Both the position numbers and the translations under genes were made by a program. A stretch of DNA of 64,000 nt, taken from assembly GCA_016839705.1 (NCBI GenBank), contig JAEOTR010000044.1:1-64000 (forward strand). Reading direction: 5' to 3'. The DNA comes from Promethearchaeota archaeon (GTDB lineage: Archaea > Asgardarchaeota > Lokiarchaeia > Sigyniarchaeales > SOKP01). Each line of letters begins with the position of its first letter. Positions within the stretch are counted from its first letter, which is position 1. Shown here in pieces: positions 1 through 9,637 of this stretch. Under the pieces are notes generated by a model, which saw only the letters and a list, made by a program, of their open reading frames with translations, did not search any database and was not told where the DNA came from.

Positions 1-250
1 ACCGTTCTAGCATACCGGATGTTTTATCTAATGCAAATGATATAGCTGAACTTGTTGTACCTGCTGCTGTTGTATATATTATCATACCGGGAAAACCATA
101 TTAGAATTGCTCTCGTCCAAGAAAAATGTAAAACATCAACGTAAACATAACAGCAAAGCCAAGAGAGAAAACCAAATATTGCCAGTGCCGTGTCTTATCT
201 TTAATATTTTTAATCGCTATTTGGATTGCCTTATTTTCTAAAAAGTTCAT
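1..250 (-). pseudogene. ABC-2 type permease, N-terminal part (runs off window), with an in-frame TAA at codon 50
   Basis: ATG at 250 directly after the ABC ATPase stop; translates MNFLENKAIQIAIKNIKDKTRHWQYLVFSLGFAVMFTLMFYIFLGREQF*YGFPGMIIYTTAAG...DKTSGMLER; stop at 101-103. Confidence 0.7.
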
Positions 251-251
251 T

Positions 252-1223
252 TTAATCTCGCAACCTCCTTCCTGTTAAATTTAGAAATACATCTTCTAAG
301 GAATTTTGCCTAAACTTCATGTTTTCAACCTCATCAATATTTTCAATAAGCCCTTGTTGTAAAAGCCTTACAATGTTTTTCAAGCCACCTTGAAAAGAAA
401 TTAGTAGCATTTTTCTTTCTTTTCTGCTAGTTTCACTCCAGTTTACAACAAACGGAATGTTTTGAATATTATTTTTCACTACTTTAAGGTCTTCTTGTTT
501 ATTGAAGGAGACTTCTAATACATTATCACTCCCATATTTATCTTTCAATTCCGTAGGTGTTCCTACTGCAATAATCTTACCTTGGTCTATAATTGCAACA
601 CGATCACTTAAAGAATCAGCCTCTATCATATCATGAGTCATAAGAATAATAGTGATATCCTTACTTTTCAAATCTCGAATAAAATCCCATACAAGTCGTC
701 TCGCTTGAGGATCAAGACCTGCAGTTGGTTCATCAAGAAATAAAATCTCCGGTTCAAATATTAAAGACATCGCGAAATTTAAACGTCGTTTCATACCACC
801 TGAGAAATGTTTGGACCAATCTTTTCTTCCCGCTATACCAAAATCTTCCAACAATTTTTTAGCTTTCTTTTTCGCTTCTAAACGAGGTATTCCATGCATA
901 GCTGCTATAAATTCAACATTTTCTTCAGCCCTTAACACTTCATAAATCGTTATAACCTGTGGACACACCCCAATTTTCTTAACAATTTCATTTTTCCCAG
1001 TTAAAATACTGTGACCATTGACTGTAGCATCTCCCGCGGTGGGAGTTAAAACAGTGGTTAACATTCGTGCTAATGTAGTTTTTCCAGCACCATTAGGTCC
1101 AAGAATGCTAAATAATTCACCTTTTCTAATCTTTAATGATACACCATCTACCGCTTTAAGTTCTTTAAAATGTTTTTTAAGATCTTTAGTTTCGATCACT
1201 ATTGAATCTTTACTCGCACTCAT
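252..1223 (-). CDS. ABC transporter ATP-binding protein (DrrA/NodI-like)
   Basis: Walker A GPNGAGKT, signature FSGGMKRR, Walker B ILFLDEPT, C-terminal SLEDVFL. Confidence 0.95.
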   Translation of the reverse strand: MSASKDSIVIETKDLKKHFKELKAVDGVSLKIRKGELFSILGPNGAGKTTLARMLTTVLTPTAGDATVNGHSILTGKNEIVKKIGVCPQVITIYEVLRAEENVEFIAAMHGIPRLEAKKKAKKLLEDFGIAGRKDWSKHFSGGMKRRLNFAMSLIFEPEILFLDEPTAGLDPQARRLVWDFIRDLKSKDITIILMTHDMIEADSLSDRVAIIDQGKIIAVGTPTELKDKYGSDNVLEVSFNKQEDLKVVKNNIQNIPFVVNWSETSRKERKMLLISFQGGLKNIVRLLQQGLIENIDEVENMKFRQNSLEDVFLNLTGRRLRD

Positions 1224-1506
1224 AATATCAACATCATATTATAATGTTGTTTTTCCTTTTTACTATTACTAACTTATTGACATGAAAAAATATTATAAAA
1301 AATTGGGAGTCCAAATTTTAACAGATTTATCGAATTAAAAAAGTTTCCCACGATTAAGAGTTTGAACTGTTACAAATATTAAATAACTGAGAACGTTTAA
1401 ATAAACAAATCTTCTAATAAGAATAATTTAATTAGATAAGTTTTTGAACTAATAAACATTACTTTAATTTATTTATTTTGTCATTGAAAAATAAGGAAAA
1501 CCACCA

Positions 1507-3141
1507 ATGATCTCGGATGAGCATTTATTCGGTAATATCGGAATTGAATCGATTGGTTTTCATGCACCTAGACATTTTGTAAAGTTAAAAGAACTTGCAT
1601 TAGAGAGGAAAGTAGATCCTGAAAAATATTCTAAAGGACTGCTATCCAAAGAAATGCGAATTGCTGATGTCGACGAGGATATTATTTCTCTTGGACTGAA
1701 GGCAGGATATAACGCACTGCAACGGGGTAGCATTTCTCCTAAGAGTGTAGACGCATTATTTGTAGGTACTGAGACGGAAGTATATGCTGCGAAGAGTATC
1801 TCGAATATCTTCGCTGAAATGTTGAACATTTCGCCCAATTCGCTTACTCAGGATACGTATAACGCCTGTGCCGGCGGGACGCTAGCAATTTTAAACGCAA
1901 TCGCAATGATTGATAATGGGCTTATAAACAAAGCTCTTGTAATAAGCGCAGACATCTCTCAATACCACATAGGTTCCCCTGGAGAACCTACACAAGGCTC
2001 AGGGGCAATTGCACTTGTTATATCAAGAAATCCTCGGATTGCCACCTTTTCTAAACGATTTGGTAGAATTTCCGGGAATGTAAACGATTTCTTTAGGCCA
2101 TCATACGATAAAAATGCTAGAGCCTTTGGGCAATATTCTCAAGATACATATATTGACTTTCAATTAAAAGCGTATGACGATTTAATTAGTAATATTGGGG
2201 ATTTCAGCGCAGATTTTTACACATTTCACGCACCATTTTCCAAGCTCCCCCTGAAGATAATGCAACAAATTATACTTAAACGCTGGATAAAACATATAAC
2301 TGATTTACCCAAATTTGAAAAAAATCATTTTAGGTCATCAATTTTGAAAAAGATTGATTCTTTCTTACACGATGTTATTGTACTCCCTGAATATCTTTAT
2401 TTGAAACTAAATGAAAAAGGATTTACATCATCAACACTGGAGAGGCTTTCTAGTTGGGTGAATACAAATGTAAAAGCGAGAGTTCTTCCACAATTACGAG
2501 TTCCTATGCATTTTGGTAATATGTACAATGCCGCGTTGTGGGCGCAGGTGTTGTACTTGTGTGAAAATCATGTGCATGTTAATGATACAATTTATTTTGG
2601 TTCTTACGGCTCAGGAGCTACATGTATTTCTGGGCTCTTAAAAATTCAAGAAGGATTTAAAAAAGTACTTCAATATGGGCCAAGTATTAATGATTTCATT
2701 CATTTAAAGAGAAAGAAAAGTGTTCTTGAATATGAATTAGGAAAAAATGGTGATGCTAAACCGATGATTTTATTAGGACGTATTGCTGAACACGAACAAA
2801 ATAATCACAGAGGTTTTACACTTCATTTTTGCGATGAAGGATGCATCATTCCAAACATTCAGGGATTAAATCGCTGTCCTAAAGGGCACTCTGGATTCTA
2901 TGAAAGATTCTTTCCTCTTTTTGCTAAATTAGAATCTGAACCAGTCGCTCAAAATAACCAAGAAGATCTTAGATACCTTAGTAAAGGGTTAGTAAGAGTA
3001 GCAGGAAATGTAAGTAAAGGTAATTCTTTAGAGTATGAAATTAGGAGAGTCGAGACCGAAAATGAGCAAGATATGAACGCGAAAGGATTACTCAATTGGT
3101 CACCAATATACATAACTATTCCAGAACATCATATTTATTAG
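1507..3141 (+). CDS. HMG-CoA synthase with internal insertion and C-terminal Zn-ribbon/OB (DUF35-like) extension
   Basis: Catalytic motifs GTETE, NACAGG, FHAPF, GNMYNA, SYGSG; extra Cys/His-containing C-terminal region. Confidence 0.9.
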   Translation: MISDEHLFGNIGIESIGFHAPRHFVKLKELALERKVDPEKYSKGLLSKEMRIADVDEDIISLGLKAGYNALQRGSISPKSVDALFVGTETEVYAAKSISNIFAEMLNISPNSLTQDTYNACAGGTLAILNAIAMIDNGLINKALVISADISQYHIGSPGEPTQGSGAIALVISRNPRIATFSKRFGRISGNVNDFFRPSYDKNARAFGQYSQDTYIDFQLKAYDDLISNIGDFSADFYTFHAPFSKLPLKIMQQIILKRWIKHITDLPKFEKNHFRSSILKKIDSFLHDVIVLPEYLYLKLNEKGFTSSTLERLSSWVNTNVKARVLPQLRVPMHFGNMYNAALWAQVLYLCENHVHVNDTIYFGSYGSGATCISGLLKIQEGFKKVLQYGPSINDFIHLKRKKSVLEYELGKNGDAKPMILLGRIAEHEQNNHRGFTLHFCDEGCIIPNIQGLNRCPKGHSGFYERFFPLFAKLESEPVAQNNQEDLRYLSKGLVRVAGNVSKGNSLEYEIRRVETENEQDMNAKGLLNWSPIYITIPEHHIY

Positions 3142-3203
3142 TTTTATTCTATTCTTTTACTTTTCTCACTGAAATATAGAAAAGTTTTTTAATTTTTAGA
3201 AGT

Positions 3204-4496
3204 GTGAATTATATTATGAAAGGATTTCATTCGAATATTTCTGGATTTTATAAGTTATCAATGGAAGAACGTCAAAAATTATTATCTTCATTAACTAATT
3301 TAGATCAGAATGATATGAAGATATTAAAGGAATTAGGTTATTTTTCCGCGACTCAAATTGATACTTTAATAGAAAATGTTGTAGGAAGTTATCAATTACC
3401 ATTTGGTCTTGCGTTAAACTTTAAAATAAATAATAAGGATTATATAATTCCCATGGTTATAGAAGAACCTTCTGTTGTTGCTGCTGCTTCGAATGCAGCA
3501 AGAATGGCTCGAAAACATGGTGGATTTCATTCAGAAGAAGTAAAATCAATAATGATCTCTCAAATACAAATAACACAGTTAAAAGATATTGAAGAATCGA
3601 AAAAAGTTCTACAAAAAAATAAGGAAAAATTGCTAAAAATAGCAAATGAGCAGGATCCAATGCTAAATGAGTTAGGTGGCGGTGCTCGTGATATCGAAAT
3701 AAGAGAGATCAATACCAATAAAGGAAAAATGATTATCCTCCATTTATTAGTAGATGTTTTGGATGCGATGGGTGCAAATGTGGTAAACACTATGGCTGAG
3801 GCTATTAGTCCAATAATTGAAGATATAAGTAGGGGTAGAGTTTATTTACGGATTGTTTCCAATTTAGCTACTCATAGACTAGCTAAAAGTAGTGCCACAT
3901 TTGACAAAGAAATGTTGGGTGGAGATGAAGTTGTTGAGGGTATTCTAAATGCTTATGAATTTGCTGCAGCAGATCCTTATAGAGCAACAACTCATAATAA
4001 GGGTATTATGAATGGGATCGTTGCCCTAACTTTAGCAACGGGAAATGATACACGAGCCATTGAAGCCGGTTCTCACGCTTATGCTTCCTTAAGTGGACAA
4101 TATTCTCCTTTAACTAAATTTAAGGTAGATTCTGATGGGAATCTAGTTGGAGAAATTGAACTACCACTTGCATTGGGGATAATTGGTGGGATGACAAAAA
4201 TACATCCCATGGCACGAATAGCTTTAAAGATCTTAAATGTGAAAAGTGCAGGTGAACTTTCACAAGTGGGTGCTGCCCTAGGCTTAGCTCAAAATGTCGC
4301 AGCATTGAGAGCTTTAGCTTCAGAAGGTATTCAAAAAGGGCATATGGCACTTCATTCTCGAAATATTGCTAAAGTCGCAGGAGTACCAGATGCACTACTT
4401 GAGAAGGTTGCTCAAGTAATGATTAAAGAGAAAAAAATTAGAGTTGATTATGCAAAACAAATACTCCAAAGAATAAATGATGGTGAAAACCTTTAA
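3204..4496 (+). CDS. mvaA: HMG-CoA reductase, class II
   Basis: IENVVG, EEPSVVAA, DAMGAN, HNKGIMNG, GIQKGHMALH motifs. Confidence 0.95.
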   Translation: MNYIMKGFHSNISGFYKLSMEERQKLLSSLTNLDQNDMKILKELGYFSATQIDTLIENVVGSYQLPFGLALNFKINNKDYIIPMVIEEPSVVAAASNAARMARKHGGFHSEEVKSIMISQIQITQLKDIEESKKVLQKNKEKLLKIANEQDPMLNELGGGARDIEIREINTNKGKMIILHLLVDVLDAMGANVVNTMAEAISPIIEDISRGRVYLRIVSNLATHRLAKSSATFDKEMLGGDEVVEGILNAYEFAAADPYRATTHNKGIMNGIVALTLATGNDTRAIEAGSHAYASLSGQYSPLTKFKVDSDGNLVGEIELPLALGIIGGMTKIHPMARIALKILNVKSAGELSQVGAALGLAQNVAALRALASEGIQKGHMALHSRNIAKVAGVPDALLEKVAQVMIKEKKIRVDYAKQILQRINDGENL

Positions 4497-4577
4497 TTTT
4501 ATAAAAAGTGTTTCTGTAACTCCTCTAAGAAAAATCAGTATAGTTATTAAAGTAATCAATATAAACAATAAGTTGAG

Positions 4578-5888
4578 ATGAATATTATGGGATTTAGAGA
4601 ATATATTAATCAAATTGACAAGGAAGGATTACTCAGAAAGGTAGATCTTGAAGTTTCTAAAAAATTAGAAATTGCAGGAATTTTAAAGGAAACTGAACCC
4701 ACACCAGTAATGTTTACCAATGTAAAGGAATCTGATTTCCGTGTTGTAGGCAATGTTTTCTGTACAAAGGGTGTTATTGCCTCATATTTTGGTGTAACTC
4801 CTGCAGAACTTATCCCTATGCTTTCAAAAGCGATTGATGAGCGTTCTGAGCCAGAAATTGTATCTAATGCACCATGTCAAGAAATAATAGAACCAAATGT
4901 GGATCTAGAAAAGATTCCTATTTTATTTCATTGTGATAAAGATGGTGGGAATTATATCAGTTCTGCGGTTGTTGTCACAAGAGATCCAGATTATGGACAA
5001 AATTTAGATTTCCATCGAGCTATGCAATATTCCAAGGATAAATTTGCCACACGAATAGTCAAGGGTCGTCATTTCGATAAATTTTTAGAAAAAAATAGAG
5101 AGGTAGAGGTGGCCTTTTGCATAGGAAATACCCCTAACATTCTGATTGCAGGAGCTACTTCTGTAGACATTGGTGTTGATGAATTAACCATTGCCAATGC
5201 TCTTGAGCCAATTAAAGTTGTAAAAGCTAAATCCGTTGATCTTATAATCCCTGCAGAAGCAGAGTTTATACTAGAAGGAAAAGTATATTTTGAAGAGAGA
5301 CATTCAGAAGGTCCTTTTGTTGATCTTACAGAGACATATGACACCATTAGGGAAGAACCAATTTTTGAAGTGAAAAAAATCACTCATAGAAAGGACGCAA
5401 TATGGCAAGCCTTATTACCAGGAGCGTTAGAACATAAAATATTAATGGGAATGCCTCGAGAACCCACAATTTTCACTAAAGTAAATGCAACAGGAGTAAA
5501 GTGTTTGGATGTAAATATTAGTCCAGGAGGATCATCTTGGTTGCACGCGATAGTTCAAATTGATAAAAAAACAGAGGAAGATGGGAAAAAAGCAATAGGC
5601 GGGACCTTTGCTGGCCATACAAGCTGTAAGCATGTTTTCATTGTTGATAAAGATATTGATATCTATGATCCTTTATCTGTAGAGTGGGCGATGGCAACTC
5701 GATTTCAAGGTGATACTAGGATGATTGTTAAAGATAAAGAACCCGGTAGTAGTTTAGATCCAAGCGCAGAACCGGGCACGAAGATGACCACTAAAATTGG
5801 TTTTGATTTAACTAAGCCATTGGTTGTAAAAGGTAAAAGTTTTGATATAGCAGAATTCCCGAAAGTAGATCTAAACAAATATTTTTAA
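4578..5888 (+). CDS. UbiD-family prFMN decarboxylase, probable anhydromevalonate-phosphate decarboxylase
   Basis: EGPFVD, VEWAMATRFQ, SSLDPS motifs; next to aconitase-X pair in MVA cluster. Confidence 0.88.
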   Translation: MNIMGFREYINQIDKEGLLRKVDLEVSKKLEIAGILKETEPTPVMFTNVKESDFRVVGNVFCTKGVIASYFGVTPAELIPMLSKAIDERSEPEIVSNAPCQEIIEPNVDLEKIPILFHCDKDGGNYISSAVVVTRDPDYGQNLDFHRAMQYSKDKFATRIVKGRHFDKFLEKNREVEVAFCIGNTPNILIAGATSVDIGVDELTIANALEPIKVVKAKSVDLIIPAEAEFILEGKVYFEERHSEGPFVDLTETYDTIREEPIFEVKKITHRKDAIWQALLPGALEHKILMGMPREPTIFTKVNATGVKCLDVNISPGGSSWLHAIVQIDKKTEEDGKKAIGGTFAGHTSCKHVFIVDKDIDIYDPLSVEWAMATRFQGDTRMIVKDKEPGSSLDPSAEPGTKMTTKIGFDLTKPLVVKGKSFDIAEFPKVDLNKYF

Positions 5889-5905
5889 TAATAGTGTGAA
5901 CCGAA

Positions 5906-7099
5906 ATGAAATTAACATCAGAAGAGCAAGAAATGTTGGAAGGAAAGTATGGAAAAGCAGCTAAGAAATCTATGGAAATATTAACTACATTAGGTGAAAT
6001 CTTTCATTCAGATTACATGGTTGATGTTTATGGTGTTCAGATAGCAGGAGTTTCATATGCGAATCTTGGGGAAGCGGGATTAGAGTTTTTAAGCGAAATG
6101 GCAGACGATGGAAAAGTAAGAGTTTTAACCACATTAAATCCTGCGGGGATGGATCGTGAAAATTGGAAGGTATTAGGAATTGATGAGGAATTTGCTAAAA
6201 ATCAGAATCGTGCCATTGATGCATTTGCAAAGATGGGAATAATAACTACATGTTCTTGCACTCCCTATCTAATTGGAAATGCTCCACATTTTGGTCAACA
6301 TATAGCATGGGCAGAAAGTAGTGCTGTTTGCTATGCTAACTCAGTTATAGGGGCTCGTACGAATCGTGAAGGTGGTCCAAGTGCATTAGCTTCTGCTCTA
6401 ACTGGAAAAACACCAAACTATGGATATCATTTGGATCAAAATCGTCATGGTGAAGTTTTGATTAATATTACCACTCAAGTTAAAGGGACAGATGAATTTG
6501 GTGTATTAGGAAAAATAATTGGGGATAAATTAGGCGAGTTAGGAAAGAAAATTCCCTATATTACAGGAATTGATTCTGCCACCATGGAAGAGCTAAAATC
6601 ATTTTGTGCTTCAGTTGCTACTTATGGTGGAGTAGCATTATTTCATATGGAAGGAATAACTCCTGAGTATAATAATTATCCTAAACCTACTGAAATAAGC
6701 TTTGACATCGATAGGAAGGATCTCGAAAAAACCCGATCTGAACTTATTGATGAAGATATTGAAATTGATTTTGTGAGTATTGGTTGCCCTCATGCTTCAA
6801 TTCATGAAATCGCGAAGATTGCTAGCTTATTGGATGGAAAAAAAGTAAATAAAGAATTCTGGATTACTACTGCTCGACCTACAAAAAAAATTGCAGACGA
6901 GGCAGGTTATTCTAAAATAATTGAAGATGCTGGTGCAAAATTCGCAGCAGATACTTGCTGTGTGGTAGCTCCAATTAAAGGACGTTTCAAAGGAATTATG
7001 GTAGATTCCGCAAAAGCATGTTATTATGGTAGAGCTAAGAATCAATTTAAAGTTAAAATTGGAACTATTGAAGAATGCATCGAGGAGGCGACATTATGA
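5906..7099 (+). CDS. Aconitase X catalytic subunit (phosphomevalonate dehydratase large subunit)
   Basis: CSCTPY, WAESSAV, ARTNREGG, IGCPH, DTC motifs; context. Confidence 0.92.
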   Translation: MKLTSEEQEMLEGKYGKAAKKSMEILTTLGEIFHSDYMVDVYGVQIAGVSYANLGEAGLEFLSEMADDGKVRVLTTLNPAGMDRENWKVLGIDEEFAKNQNRAIDAFAKMGIITTCSCTPYLIGNAPHFGQHIAWAESSAVCYANSVIGARTNREGGPSALASALTGKTPNYGYHLDQNRHGEVLINITTQVKGTDEFGVLGKIIGDKLGELGKKIPYITGIDSATMEELKSFCASVATYGGVALFHMEGITPEYNNYPKPTEISFDIDRKDLEKTRSELIDEDIEIDFVSIGCPHASIHEIAKIASLLDGKKVNKEFWITTARPTKKIADEAGYSKIIEDAGAKFAADTCCVVAPIKGRFKGIMVDSAKACYYGRAKNQFKVKIGTIEECIEEATL

Positions 7100-7488
7100 A
7101 GTTAGAGGGAAGAAAAATTTATAAGGGAATAGCTGAAGGGGAAGCGATAGTGACTAAAGATGGTATATCATTTTACGGGGGTGTTGATCCCGATACGGGT
7201 AAAGTGGTTGAGGTTGGACACGAACTCGAGGGACAATCGATAACTGGAAAGGTTCTAGTCTTCCCAACTGGTAAAGGTTCGACCGTTGGTTCTTATACAA
7301 TGTATAGAATGAAGAAAAACAATACTGCTCCCGTGGCAATTGTTAATAAACAAATTGATACAATCATAGCAGTTGGGTGTATAATTAGTGAAATTCCATG
7401 TGTTGACAAAATTGACATTGATAACATAAACACAGGACAAATTCTCGTCGTCAATGGTTCAGAAGGAACAATTGAAATAATAGAATAA
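7096..7488 (+). CDS. Aconitase X swivel subunit (phosphomevalonate dehydratase small subunit, DUF126)
   Basis: ISFYGGVDPDTG and GKGSTVGS motifs; ATG at 7096 overlaps upstream TGA (ATGA), GGAGG upstream. Confidence 0.92.
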   Translation: MKLEGRKIYKGIAEGEAIVTKDGISFYGGVDPDTGKVVEVGHELEGQSITGKVLVFPTGKGSTVGSYTMYRMKKNNTAPVAIVNKQIDTIIAVGCIISEIPCVDKIDIDNINTGQILVVNGSEGTIEIIE

Positions 7489-7504
7489 TTACATTTTGAT
7501 TTTA

Positions 7505-8515
7505 ATGAAATCTTCTGCAATTGCTCATTCAAATATAGCATTGATAAAATATTGGGGTCATTGGAACGAAGTATCCCCAGAACTAAATATACCCTTAAAT
7601 GATAGCGTAAGTATGACGAAGTATGGGTTTTCGGAAAATACTCATTTACAGACCCATACAACAATAGAATTTTCAGAAGAATTTAAGGAAAATGAGGTAA
7701 TACTAAATAATAATCTTTTAAAAGGAAGAGACATTGAAAGGATTTTAAAAATCATTAATCCATTAAGAAAAGTAAAACAGATTGATCATAAATTCAAAAT
7801 GGTAAGTTTTAATGACTTTCCTACCCAAGCAGGTTTAGCGTCTTCCGCAGCTGGTTTTGCTGCACTTACGATTGCCGCAGCCAAAGCATTAAATTTGGAT
7901 CTAACCCAAAAAGAATTATCAACATTTGCTAGATTAGGTTCTGGTTCTGCAGCACGCTCAATTCATGGTGGATTTGTATATTGGCGTCAGGGTTTCTCCC
8001 ATGAGACTTCTTATGCCGAACAGATATGCGGTCCAGATCACTTTGACATAAATGCAGTTATTGCTATAATAGATGAAGGAAGAAAGGATGTTACCTCTGA
8101 CATTGGTCATGAATTGGCAAAAACAAGTATATTTAATACCAAACGAGTTAAAAAATCGCATGAACAAGCTGATGAAATCAAAATGGCAATATTAGATGAT
8201 GATTTCAAGAAATTTGGAATGATTGCAGAAAAAAATTGCTTATATATGCATGCTGTAATGATGACATCTGAACCTGCTTTATTCTATTGGAATCCACCTA
8301 CTTTAAGCGTAATAAAGAAAGTGTTACATACACGAAAATCTGAAAATCTAGATTGCTTCTTTACCATCGATGCAGGACCAAATGTACACTGTTTTTGCAG
8401 ACCAGAAAATATTGAATATATTCAAAATATGTTAGAATCCATTGAGGGTATTGAAAAAACTATTCTTGTAAAACCTGCTAAGGATTCTTATACAACAAAT
8501 GAGCATTTATTTTAA
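7505..8515 (+). CDS. mvaD: MVD-family GHMP decarboxylase (mevalonate 5-phosphate or 5-diphosphate decarboxylase)
   Basis: NIALIKYWG, PTQAGLASSAAG, RLGSGSAARS, TIDAGPNVH. Confidence 0.9.
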   Translation: MKSSAIAHSNIALIKYWGHWNEVSPELNIPLNDSVSMTKYGFSENTHLQTHTTIEFSEEFKENEVILNNNLLKGRDIERILKIINPLRKVKQIDHKFKMVSFNDFPTQAGLASSAAGFAALTIAAAKALNLDLTQKELSTFARLGSGSAARSIHGGFVYWRQGFSHETSYAEQICGPDHFDINAVIAIIDEGRKDVTSDIGHELAKTSIFNTKRVKKSHEQADEIKMAILDDDFKKFGMIAEKNCLYMHAVMMTSEPALFYWNPPTLSVIKKVLHTRKSENLDCFFTIDAGPNVHCFCRPENIEYIQNMLESIEGIEKTILVKPAKDSYTTNEHLF

Positions 8516-8657
8516 TTCTACTCATAAATTTTATCTTTCTTTTCCAATTTTTTAAATAAAGTTAAGAATTATTTAACTAAGTTATTGAATAAGATGTTTT
8601 TATGGATTTGAACATTTTCAAATAATAATATATTATATGTGTATATTGGTGAAATAT

Positions 8658-9624
8658 TTGGGTACTGGAAGAGGATATGGAAAGACCATACTTTTTGGCG
8701 AAATTTATTTCCTAATTCAGGAATAAACGTTAACATTTTGTTGTTTATGGTCTTCCAGCAATCGCATCAGCACTAGCATCTTTCACAACCGCAACTGTTA
8801 AAGTATCGGAAGGACATGGATGGACCGTTGATGATCAACGACCAGCAACTATTGGTTACAAAAAAAAGAAATACGACGAGGCAATGCAATCAGTTCAAAA
8901 TGTAATTAATTACCTAAATATAGATTTAAAAAAGCAGAAACTTGAAATAACTTTTTCAGGCAACTTATTTGCTGCAAGCGGGGTTGGGGCATCTGCTGCT
9001 CAATGCACTTCTTTAGCTCGTGCACTTAATGACGAATTTCATCTTAAATTAGATGATGAAAAAATAAATGAAGCGGCTTATGAGGGAGAAAAAGCATACC
9101 ATGGAACACCCTCAGGTATCGATAATACTGCCTCCACGTATGGAGGTTTAATTTGGTTTATAAAAAATTTGGATGGGGGGAAAAATACCATGGATCTTTT
9201 GCAATCACCAAAAAAAATGCCATTAGTTATAGCAAATTCAGGAATAACTGCTTCAACTACAGAGGTAGTTGCTGACGTCCGCCGTTTAAAAGAGGAAAAT
9301 CCAGAAAAATTTAAAGGGATTTTTATTAAATATAAAAGTTTAGCAGAGAAAGCAAAAGATGCTTTACTTAAGGGAGATATCACAACCATTGGTAAATTAA
9401 TGAATCAAAACCACACTTTACTTCAAAATATCACAGTTTCTGGGGAAATTAATGATAAATTGGTGGATATATCTATAAAGAACGGAGCAATCGGTGCTAA
9501 AATGACAGGAACAGGAAGAGGAGGATTAACTATAGCTTTAACCGAAAATGAGGAAATTCAAGAAAAAATTGCTAATGCTATAGAAAATGAAGGATATGAT
9601 GTATGGAAAAGTATGATAGGATGA
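8658..9624 (+). CDS. mvk: Mevalonate kinase, two exons (8658-8702 + 8734-9624), 311 aa after splicing
   Basis: TTG start 5 nt after GGTGA; exon 1 MGTGRGYGKTILFGE joins exon 2 HFVVYGLPAIAS; later SGVGASAA, HGTPSGIDN, GAKMTGTGRGG. Confidence 0.92.
8703..8733 (+). other. 31-nt archaeal bulge-helix-bulge (BHB) intron in mvk
   Basis: Central 4-bp helix GGCG(8697-8700)/CGTT(8728-8731), 3-nt bulges AAA(8701-8703) and AAC(8732-8734), intron stem TTTATT/AATAAA plus TCCT/AGGA; cutting after the 2nd nt of each bulge gives GAA|CAT in frame. Confidence 0.85.
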
Positions 9625-9637
9625 GTGCGACATAATT

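Noticed and set aside
8884-9624. Track ORF as a complete or pseudogenised mevalonate kinase
   Set aside because: It lacks GHMP motif 1, which is present upstream, and the break is a structured 31-nt BHB insert rather than a random indel
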